34,290 nt of DNA. Origin: Candidatus Sumerlaeaceae bacterium (GTDB taxonomy: Bacteria; Sumerlaeota; Sumerlaeia; Sumerlaeales; Sumerlaeaceae). Each line of letters starts with the position of its first letter. The first letter of the stretch is position 1. The stretch is taken from positions 1 to 34,290 of the forward strand of contig JBPCLP010000054.1 of the NCBI GenBank assembly GCA_051003195.1, given 5' to 3'. The translations under genes and the position numbers were made by a program. Shown here in pieces: positions 10,209-18,212 of the stretch. The notes below the pieces were generated by a model that was not told the DNA's origin, made no database searches, and was given only the letters and a program-made list of their open reading frames with translations.

Positions 10209-11420
10209 GTGATTGCTTTGAAATGCGTTGTTGCTGCCCTGGTGTTGTCGATTTGCCCGGCGGCAAGCTTTGCTCGAGACGTCAAACAGCAGCTCGACGC
10301 CCTGGTGGAAATGGCACATGGTAAACGGCTGGGCCTGATCACGAATCCGTCCGGCTGCGACGAGACCGGTCGCCCGGATGTTGAGTACCTTTTAAACAAC
10401 GCCGGCACAACAATCACAGCGTTTTTCGCCCCCGAGCATGGATTCCGCGGAATACTGCCTGCCGGGCGCGGGGACAAAGATTACGTCGATCCGAATACCA
10501 GCATTCCAGTGGTTGCGGTTTACGGTCCGCGCAAAGCCCCCACACCCCAGCAACTCGCAAATGTGGATATCCTCGTATTCGATATGCAGGACGTCGGCGC
10601 ACGTTTCTACACTTTCACCTGGACCATGACGCTGTGCATGGAAGCCGCCGCGCAGGCGGGTAAGAAGTTCGTGGTCATTGACCGCCCAAACCCTGTCGGA
10701 GGCATCAAAGTAGAAGGGCCGGCCAATGAGAAGGATCATGGGTTGATCGGGCGCGTTATACCCAGTGCCGGCATTGGTGTTACCACACGCCACGGAATGA
10801 CTGTCGGGGAAATTGCGAAGATGTGGAACTCGGAAGCAATGAACCCAAGGGTTGAACTTACCGTCTTGAAAATGGCAGCGTGGAAACGTGGCCAGCTCTG
10901 GAAAGACACCGGCCGCAAATACCTGCCTCCCTCGCCAAACATGCGCACTCCGGAAGCAGCACTCGTTTATTCGGGTACGTGCATTTTCGAAGGCAGCAAG
11001 CTAAGTGAAGGTCGCGGGACGGTGAAGCCGTTCGAGATGATCGGCGCTCCATTTGTAAATCCTGAGCAGTACGCGAACGCGCTAACCTCCGCCGCGCTTC
11101 CAGGTGTGAAATTCTCACCCGTACGCTACACGCCCACCACATCGAAACACAAAAACGTGGAATGCGGCGGAGTTGAACTGGCCGTTACAGATACACAAAG
11201 CTTCAAGCCTGTGCAAACTGGGCTGGTTATGCTGCAGACCGCGCTGAAGCGCTACCCGGATGACATGAAGAGCACCGCAAGCGCTACCCGCCTCTCCGGA
11301 ATTCCCGAGTTAGAATCGCGGCTCCGGTCAGAATCGGTGGACCAGATACTACAAAGCGCGGAGCCCAGTCGACAGCGATTCCTCGCAATCCGTAAGAAGT
11401 ACCTGTTGTACCCCGAGTAA
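10209..11420 (+). CDS. DUF1343 / NamZ-family exo-beta-N-acetylmuramidase
   Basis: Signal peptide (ASFA-RD); LGLITNPSG, FAPEHG, FDMQDVGARFYTF, DRPNP, RHGMTVGE, PPSPNM, SEGRGT..PFE.IGAP. Confidence 0.92.
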   Translation: MIALKCVVAALVLSICPAASFARDVKQQLDALVEMAHGKRLGLITNPSGCDETGRPDVEYLLNNAGTTITAFFAPEHGFRGILPAGRGDKDYVDPNTSIPVVAVYGPRKAPTPQQLANVDILVFDMQDVGARFYTFTWTMTLCMEAAAQAGKKFVVIDRPNPVGGIKVEGPANEKDHGLIGRVIPSAGIGVTTRHGMTVGEIAKMWNSEAMNPRVELTVLKMAAWKRGQLWKDTGRKYLPPSPNMRTPEAALVYSGTCIFEGSKLSEGRGTVKPFEMIGAPFVNPEQYANALTSAALPGVKFSPVRYTPTTSKHKNVECGGVELAVTDTQSFKPVQTGLVMLQTALKRYPDDMKSTASATRLSGIPELESRLRSESVDQILQSAEPSRQRFLAIRKKYLLYPE

Positions 11421-11493
11421 ATCAGGCGTTTTGCGGCTGCATCGAAGACTGTATGTCGGCCGAAGGCCTGTAGATCGCCGGCAGCACTTCCTA

Positions 11494-11588
11494 TGTGCCG
11501 AACCAGAAGTTCGTATCCGCGTATCGATGTGATTCTGCGCTCGTTCGGCACACAGAACCTGCCAACGAACTAATGGTAAACCACACCA
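11494..11588. repeat. Dispersed hairpin-plus-tail repeat, copy 1
   Basis: TGTGCCGAAC/GTTCGGCACA inverted repeat. TTCGGCACACAGAAC is identical to 23433-23447 and the following 24-nt tail matches 23453-23476 at 20/24. Confidence 0.8.
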
Positions 11589-11591
11589 AAG

Positions 11592-13817
11592 TTAGATGAA
11601 GCGCGTAGCACGGCGATAGCTGCGCCAGTCGCGCAGCGCTAATTTCAGGTGCTCGGGAAGCGACCCGATCGCCTGTTGCCCTCTGCCGGAAAAAGCTGCA
11701 CGCCGGCTCTCTGCTGCGGGCCCGGTCGCCAGGCTTACGAGGTAACCTGCGCGCCTGAACACGCTGTCGAACAGCATCAGGAAAATCGCGTTGCGGCTGA
11801 ACGGGTTCATGGCTTCTGCACTCTCGATTTCAGAAAACAGCCGCTTGCCCGCAATCAGCTCCAGCCGTTGTTGTCGCCCGTCGGCGGGTGCACGGCCGAG
11901 AAACTCATCCGGGATCTGCAGTTGCGGCAACTCGCGTGCGAGCACTCGTACCGGCGTCCAGAAGGCGCGCGGGCACTTCGTGCCAGCCGCCATTTCCTCA
12001 ACTTCGTTCCACTCAATCTGTCGGACACGTAATATCCGCGCCAGGTCAAAGGCCAGCTTCAAGCCGTGGCTGAACATGTGCGTCGTCGTATGGATGCCTT
12101 CATGAAGGATCATTGCCTCCGGCCTTGGTACAAACAGCGGGTATTTATCAGACACCGAAATTAGCTGCGTCAGCGCGTCTTCCGGGTAGCCCCAGAATGA
12201 GGGCAGTATTTCGGTATGTATCTCCAGCGGAACCCCGCGATAGCTAATGGGGGCGAGGTGGTGAGGTCCTGTACGTGGAGCATCCGGCTCTCCAGCGAAT
12301 CCGCTCTCCAGCAGCCGCCTCCGCAGTGTTTCAGCCGCGGTTGCGTCCTGCACCAGGATATCCATATCGCCGGGAATGCGGGATGTAGCACCGTGCCCGT
12401 TTGCCAGGTCAAGCGCCCGCAGAGCCAGACCCTTCAGCAGAATTCCTTTGGAGCCGATTTCCCGCAACGCAGCGCCAACCTGTTCCAATGCCTGGCGTTG
12501 ACTGAGCTCCCGCAACGCGTCTCTCGTGGCGCGCTGCTGCAGGCGTGCCTGGAAGAAGCTTGGAGCCCAGCGGGCGAATGCCTCCTGCTGACATGGCACA
12601 ACCAGGGCGCCTGCCATGCCGCATGCACATACGTAGTCAAGCAGGTGGTTCCAATCGAGATCGGCACGTCCCAGGATACGACTGGTATCCGCTGGCCAGC
12701 CATTTCCGAGAGCAGCCGACAGCATCATAGCGCCCACACCCGGGCCGTTAATGTAATCGCGGTTGAGCAGCGTCTGGCGAGCGGCGTGCATAATACTCTC
12801 TTTTGCACGGCGTTCCACGACATGCCGCGGGTCGGACAATCGGTCACGCAAAACTTCGACCGCGTCCGGGTTCGAAGTAATGTGCAGGCACAAGTCGCAC
12901 TGGCCTGAGTACTGGTCCCGGAAGTAGTTTTCGAATTGCGGAACCTGCTGAAGTTCATCGCGAAGCCGGGTGGGCCCGAATGTCCGGATCGTTGCAAGTA
13001 CCGGGTCATTCCAGTGGCGAGCAAGTAGTTCGCCGAGCGGTGCCTCGTTCATGCGCCCGAGATAAAGCGGAGAGGACTCGGGCTGAAAATACGCGGGACC
13101 GTTACACGCAAGCACGCGCCCGTCCTCGCCTACGGCAGCCTGGGCTACGGCGCTGCAAAAGCCTTCGATCTCTGATCGCAGCTCGCTGTTCAAATCCCGC
13201 GCCCGGCCTATCGGCTGCACGTCGTAAAAGCGCATGCGGACAAACGGGAGGCTTCCAAACAGTTCCGTATAATGCTCCAGCTCCGGATCATCAGCAACGC
13301 GGGTCACGTTCACGTTGATATAAAATCCGATTTCCTTCGCGGCGGCGGCAATATTGAGAATCGGTTCAGGTCCCATGAACTCCGCATGATACCGGTCGTA
13401 ACTGATAGTCAGGTATTCCAGGCGGTTCTGCACCATCTGGCGCAGGTAAAGCCGCGCCTGCCGTGGCTTCTTCCCCCAGTAACCATTTGTCGCCATTCCA
13501 CTGACGATGCCGAGCCGGTTCGCTTCCTGAATCAGGCGGAGCACAACCTTTGGCCGCAGCATGGGCTCGCCACCCGTAAATTGAATCACGTCTATGCCTG
13601 CAGCTCCCGCCTCCCGAACGAGCTGCAGCAGTTCCAGTTCCGACGGGTCTCGTCCGGACACGCGCGGGGCACTCTCAACACTGCAGTGTCCGCACGTCAT
13701 GTTACATCGCCGTGTCACCATTACGGCCAGGGCGTGCGTGCTGTCCTGAAATGCCGAGGCTGCATTTCGCAAATCCGCCCCGGGAGTATGCACGCAATCA
13801 GTTTCCATGTCGCTCAC
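11592..13817 (-). CDS. Radical SAM protein (YydG/EpeE-like, with auxiliary Fe-S Cys) fused to an NTP_transf_5-type nucleotidyltransferase
   Basis: C38xxxC42xxC45, FTGGEPM, TNGYWG, LTISYDRYH, distal C221/C238/C307xxC310. C-terminal half: LDW, LLKG, R...DMDILV, LEIH, H...H...LAFD. Confidence 0.9.
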   Translation of the reverse strand: MSDMETDCVHTPGADLRNAASAFQDSTHALAVMVTRRCNMTCGHCSVESAPRVSGRDPSELELLQLVREAGAAGIDVIQFTGGEPMLRPKVVLRLIQEANRLGIVSGMATNGYWGKKPRQARLYLRQMVQNRLEYLTISYDRYHAEFMGPEPILNIAAAAKEIGFYINVNVTRVADDPELEHYTELFGSLPFVRMRFYDVQPIGRARDLNSELRSEIEGFCSAVAQAAVGEDGRVLACNGPAYFQPESSPLYLGRMNEAPLGELLARHWNDPVLATIRTFGPTRLRDELQQVPQFENYFRDQYSGQCDLCLHITSNPDAVEVLRDRLSDPRHVVERRAKESIMHAARQTLLNRDYINGPGVGAMMLSAALGNGWPADTSRILGRADLDWNHLLDYVCACGMAGALVVPCQQEAFARWAPSFFQARLQQRATRDALRELSQRQALEQVGAALREIGSKGILLKGLALRALDLANGHGATSRIPGDMDILVQDATAAETLRRRLLESGFAGEPDAPRTGPHHLAPISYRGVPLEIHTEILPSFWGYPEDALTQLISVSDKYPLFVPRPEAMILHEGIHTTTHMFSHGLKLAFDLARILRVRQIEWNEVEEMAAGTKCPRAFWTPVRVLARELPQLQIPDEFLGRAPADGRQQRLELIAGKRLFSEIESAEAMNPFSRNAIFLMLFDSVFRRAGYLVSLATGPAAESRRAAFSGRGQQAIGSLPEHLKLALRDWRSYRRATRFI

Positions 13818-13837
13818 AAAACAGTCCTACCGACCCT

Positions 13838-14125
13838 TTAATCAGCTCGCTGCAGCAACTTGTGGGATAGTAATTCACTTAGGAAGGCATCCACATCAGT
13901 TCGCGCCTGATCTTGTGCCAGTGAAGGGAAACGTGCAAGTAGCCCGCTGACCAGTTCATCGACCGATTTCGGAGCAGCAAGGCTATTCCATAGCAGTGTG
14001 CCGGAGGGATTCAGCGTTACCGCACTCTGTGTGCCGCGGTGAAAAACAGCAGCCCTGTCGCCTGCCATGGTGGCGTCGGCGTCAGAGGACTGAACGTAGC
14101 GGCCGTTATACTCTATAGCGCTCAT
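13838..14125 (-). CDS. PqqD-family RiPP recognition element (standalone)
   Basis: 95 aa; LNPSGTLLWNSL...SVDELV..L...F....ARTDVDAFLSELL..KLL pattern; 20 bp upstream of the radical SAM gene. Confidence 0.9.
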   Translation of the reverse strand: MSAIEYNGRYVQSSDADATMAGDRAAVFHRGTQSAVTLNPSGTLLWNSLAAPKSVDELVSGLLARFPSLAQDQARTDVDAFLSELLSHKLLQRAD

Positions 14126-14172
14126 ACGCGATTAGTAGCTTCTAAGGTCTGCGCGTGCAACAGCAAGTTTTG

Positions 14173-15261
14173 TTATGAGACCAATGTCTCCATTAACTCG
14201 TTCGAAGACACGGCGGTGGCCATCGCTTCAGCGGGCGAATGACGACGCTGTTCCACGCGCGGTGGTTCATGTGCGACTTCACGCATTAGATCGCAGCCGT
14301 CATCCATGATCTCCGTTGCACCAAACATGTGGCGTTCGAACATATTGTTGTATTCCCAGCGGGAGCCGGTGCGGGCGGCATTCTGCGCAAATTCCATGAA
14401 ATTTGACAACTGGGCGTCCAACAGATCCGCGTGATGCAGGATAAGCGCCTCGAGCGTTGCCGGGCATTTAGGCGAGCCGTATTCCATCAGGCCGTGATGG
14501 CTCAGGATCATGTGCTGAAGAAGTACTTTTTTAGCCATCGGAAACTCCAGCCGTGCACAGTGGCATTCAACCATGGCATTACCCATCGAGATATGTCCCA
14601 GCAGGCGCCCGGCATCGGAGTAAGCGATTTTCTTCTCGTAGGTGAATTCGACGATCTTGCCGATATCGTGCAGCAGCCCGCCCGCGATGAGTAGCGAGCG
14701 GTTGGCTTGAGGATAGTTATCGGACATCTTCAGTGCGTTTCGAACCACACACAATGTGTGCTCCAGCAGTCCGCCCAGGTATGCCTGGTGCATGGTGACA
14801 GCACTCGGAGCGCGGCGAAAGCGCTCCATGAACATAGGCTGATCGAAGACCGATTTGACCAGTGCCTTATAATCTGTATCCGCAATTTGCTCGATTCGCT
14901 CGAGAAGTTCTTTTTCCAACTCGGCGACAGGAATTGGACACACCGGAAGAAAGAACGCGGCATCGACTTCGCTGTCCGAGACCTTCACCAGTTTGGACAC
15001 TTTGAACTGCAACTGATTGTTATAGGTCAGGACCTCTCCGCTCACTTCCACAAAATCGTTTTCCTTGATCGAACCGCTGGTCAGTCCTGCGAAATTATCC
15101 CACATCACACCCGTAATCTTGCCGCTCGCGTCTTTCAGCGCCATCGTCACAAAATTATTTCCGTCCTTCTTCGGGCGCTGCTGGTAGTTGTGCAGCAGAA
15201 ACACAGCTTCGACTTTCGTGCCGGATTGAAGGTCAGCGATACGGATGTACTTTCGAGCCAC
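14173..15261 (-). CDS. yhaM: YhaM/CBF1-family 3'-5' exoribonuclease (OB fold + HD domain)
   Basis: N-terminal OB fold (LKDASGKI.GVMW...YNNQLQ), APSA..MHQAYLGGLLEHT, LLHDIGK, GRLLGHI, HMILSHHG..EYGSP, LHHAD..DA; AGGAG RBS and GTG start. Confidence 0.9.
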   Translation of the reverse strand: MARKYIRIADLQSGTKVEAVFLLHNYQQRPKKDGNNFVTMALKDASGKITGVMWDNFAGLTSGSIKENDFVEVSGEVLTYNNQLQFKVSKLVKVSDSEVDAAFFLPVCPIPVAELEKELLERIEQIADTDYKALVKSVFDQPMFMERFRRAPSAVTMHQAYLGGLLEHTLCVVRNALKMSDNYPQANRSLLIAGGLLHDIGKIVEFTYEKKIAYSDAGRLLGHISMGNAMVECHCARLEFPMAKKVLLQHMILSHHGLMEYGSPKCPATLEALILHHADLLDAQLSNFMEFAQNAARTGSRWEYNNMFERHMFGATEIMDDGCDLMREVAHEPPRVEQRRHSPAEAMATAVSSNELMETLVS

Positions 15262-15464
15262 GGGGGAACTCCTGGGTGATGTGAGACCAGCTTGGAATGT
15301 GCGCCTGGGTTACTCAAGCTCAATCGGAAAGGCTGAAGTGAAAAATTCCGTATTTCCGGTTATGAAGCCAACATAGATTCCTGGCCCGCAGAACGGAGAC
15401 TTTGAGGCGAATGTCTCGTGCGTCATTTGAATACCGGCGTTCTCGTTTCGTAAAGAACTCCGCA

Positions 15465-16799
15465 ATGTCCACCGCAACCCCCATAGCTCCAAAGCACGAG
15501 ACCTATTGCATCGTGACGTACGGTTGCCAGATGAACGATAATGATTCGGAGATCATGTCTGGCATACTCGAGGGCAAGGGGATGCGTCGGGTGCAAACGG
15601 AAGCCGAGGCCGATGTGGTTCTCGTGAACACCTGCGTGGTGCGCGAAGGTGCCGAGGAGCGTGCCGTCGGACGCCTGAACAGTCTTGCTTCACTGAAGAA
15701 GCAAAAGCCCGGGATGATTGTCGGCATCACCGGCTGCATGGCGCAAAATGAAGGCGAGATGGTCAGCAGGAAAGTGCCGCTGGCGGACCTCGTTGTAGGG
15801 ACGCGCGATCTGTTCAAGATTGGTGAGCTGGTCGACCGCGCCGCTTCCACTCGCGAGCGCATCGTGTCGATTCAGGACGTCGATAAACCTGTGTTTTTAC
15901 AGAACCAGCCTGTGCGGCGCAAACACGGTCTTAAAGCATTCACCACCATCATGTATGGCTGTAATAACTTCTGCTCGTTCTGCATAGTGCCCAGGACACG
16001 CGGACGCGAGGTAAGCCGACCGCGTGCGGATGTCGTGAGCGAAGTGCGGCAGCTGGTGCAGCAGGGCTACAAGGAAGTAATGCTGCTGGGGCAGAACGTA
16101 AACAGCTACGAACACAACGGAGACGATTTTGCAGACTTACTCAGCGCCGTCAATGACGTCGAGGGCCTGGAGCGAATTCGGTTTATAACTTCGCATCCGA
16201 AGGACTGCTCAGATAAACTGATCGATACGGTCGCTTCACTTCCAAAACTTTGCACGAATTTTCATTTGCCAGTGCAGGCAGGAAGCAACCGCGTATTACG
16301 TCGCATGAAACGCTTTTACACCCGAGACCACTACCTGGATCTGATTCGCCGGGTGCGCGAGCGCGTTCCCGGCGCAACCATCTCGACCGACGTGATCTGC
16401 GGATTTCCAGACGAGACCGAGGAGGACTTTGAAGAGACCCGCCAGCTGCTGGAAGAAGCTCGATGGGACAGCGCGTTCATCTTTGGCTATTCGCCCCGCG
16501 AAGGTACCAAAGCGGCCGAATGGCAGGACTCGATCCCGGGGCCGGTAAAGAAACAGCGTGTACATAGCTGCATCCAGCGGCAGGAGCTCATCAGCGGCGA
16601 GATCAACCGCACATATGAAGCCAGCATCCAGCAGGTGCTCGTCGAAAGCGTGAGCAAACGGCGCGAACATGAAATGATGGGGCGCACCAAAGGTGATAAG
16701 TGCGTGGTGTTTGCCGGCTCGGCGGATTTAATCGGTGAACTGGTGAACGTTAAAATCACGGACTCACACGCGCACACGCTTTTTGGAATCGCGGTGTAG
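15465..16799 (+). CDS. miaB: tRNA-2-methylthio-N6-dimethylallyladenosine synthase
   Basis: TYGCQMN..DSE, NTC.VRE, GCMAQ, GCNNFCSFCIVP.TRGRE.SR, LLGQNVNSY, RFITSHP, HLPVQAG, C-terminal TRAM domain. Start placed at ATG 15465. Confidence 0.95.
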   Translation: MSTATPIAPKHETYCIVTYGCQMNDNDSEIMSGILEGKGMRRVQTEAEADVVLVNTCVVREGAEERAVGRLNSLASLKKQKPGMIVGITGCMAQNEGEMVSRKVPLADLVVGTRDLFKIGELVDRAASTRERIVSIQDVDKPVFLQNQPVRRKHGLKAFTTIMYGCNNFCSFCIVPRTRGREVSRPRADVVSEVRQLVQQGYKEVMLLGQNVNSYEHNGDDFADLLSAVNDVEGLERIRFITSHPKDCSDKLIDTVASLPKLCTNFHLPVQAGSNRVLRRMKRFYTRDHYLDLIRRVRERVPGATISTDVICGFPDETEEDFEETRQLLEEARWDSAFIFGYSPREGTKAAEWQDSIPGPVKKQRVHSCIQRQELISGEINRTYEASIQQVLVESVSKRREHEMMGRTKGDKCVVFAGSADLIGELVNVKITDSHAHTLFGIAV

Positions 16800-16805
16800 C
16801 GGCAC

Positions 16806-18212
16806 GTGGCGAACATTCTCGTCCTGGGTGTCGGCCCTCTTCCATTTGAGCAGACCGAAAAACTTCACGCGCCCGGGTTGAGAACCTGGCAGATGGCCGA
16901 GCTGCTGGCACACAAGCGGCACCACATAACTATCGGCCTGATTGGGTTTGGAGATTTCGAAGGCAGCAATACCGGCCAGGCAAAGATGTCGCGTCGCGAG
17001 GAACTTGGCGACAACATCAGCATGGTCCGCCTGCACTACCATCCGCAACACACCGTTACATCGCTTCAGACGCTGCACGCCGGCACCCGGTTTTCCAGCG
17101 TTGTGTCCACCACTGACATCATGAACGGCCTCGCCGCGCAGATGGAAGCTCGCCTGCCACTGTGGCTGGATTTCAACGGCGAGCCATTCGCCGAGAAGCA
17201 GCTTCAGGCACTCGTCCATCACAGCGACGCTTCATTACACGACCAATGGAAAATGCTGCTGCCTGCGCTCCTTGCCGGCGACCGTTTCAGCGTCGCCAGC
17301 AACGCTCAGAAGTACGCGCTGATCGGACAGCTCGGTTTTGCAGGACGCCTGACACAGCACACCTGCGGTGAGGAACTCATCCATGTGATGCCGAACTGCT
17401 CACGTGCGTTGGTCAACGAACCGAGAAGGCGCAATCTTGGCCTCAAAGGGCACATGATTCCGACGACGGCATTCGTGGTACTGTGGACCGGCGGCTACAA
17501 TACGTGGTGCGATCCAGAGACGCTTTACCGCGGGCTGGAGCTGGCCATGCGTGAGGATCCCGATGTGTTCTTTGTTTCGACTGGCGGCGCGATTATGGGT
17601 CACGACACCGAATCCTTCGCCGCGTTTGAACGCCTGGTCGAAAACAGCCAGTACCGCGATCGATTCCACTTTGTGGGCTGGCGCGCCACGGATGAAATCG
17701 CCTCGGTTTACCAGCAGGCGGATTGTGCAATCAGTACCGACCGCTATTCAGTCGAAGGCGAAATGGGAACTCGCACCAGGATCATCGATTGGATTCAGTT
17801 CAAAGTACCCGTTGTCACAACCGACTTGTGCGAGTTGACACACCAGCTCAGCGACAATGACCTGATAGAAACCTACAAGATCGGATCTCCTGAATCGCTG
17901 CGCGATGCGCTGTTCGCGATCAAGCGCAACCCCGAAACCGCCCAGGAGCGCGCCATGAGGGCGAAACACTTCTTTGAGCAAACCTACGTGGAGGAGGAAA
18001 TGTACGCCCCGCTACTTCAGTGGGCGGCCAATCCCACCTTTGCTGCCGACCGCCAGCTGATTGCAAACAACTCTGCCGTTTCACGACTGGACGTCCGGGA
18101 GAAGTCGAAGCTCGCGGAACTGCACACATTTTCAGTCGCTGCCCACGGTGCGCCACGAAGCGGCAGCGGCGGTTTGAAACGTCTTATTCGCCGGATTCTT
18201 CCGGGACACTAA
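16806..18212 (+). CDS. GT-B fold glycosyltransferase (GT4-like)
   Basis: VLWTGGYNTWCDP, FHFVGW, VYQQADCAI, E..TRTRIIDW...VPVVTT; 6 bp downstream of miaB. Confidence 0.8.
   Translation: MANILVLGVGPLPFEQTEKLHAPGLRTWQMAELLAHKRHHITIGLIGFGDFEGSNTGQAKMSRREELGDNISMVRLHYHPQHTVTSLQTLHAGTRFSSVVSTTDIMNGLAAQMEARLPLWLDFNGEPFAEKQLQALVHHSDASLHDQWKMLLPALLAGDRFSVASNAQKYALIGQLGFAGRLTQHTCGEELIHVMPNCSRALVNEPRRRNLGLKGHMIPTTAFVVLWTGGYNTWCDPETLYRGLELAMREDPDVFFVSTGGAIMGHDTESFAAFERLVENSQYRDRFHFVGWRATDEIASVYQQADCAISTDRYSVEGEMGTRTRIIDWIQFKVPVVTTDLCELTHQLSDNDLIETYKIGSPESLRDALFAIKRNPETAQERAMRAKHFFEQTYVEEEMYAPLLQWAANPTFAADRQLIANNSAVSRLDVREKSKLAELHTFSVAAHGAPRSGSGGLKRLIRRILPGH

Noticed and set aside
11252..11551. 99-aa - strand ORF downstream of the rSAM gene as a RiPP precursor
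   Set aside because: Starts inside the dispersed repeat, overlaps the NamZ gene antisense, and has no RBS or leader-like motif.
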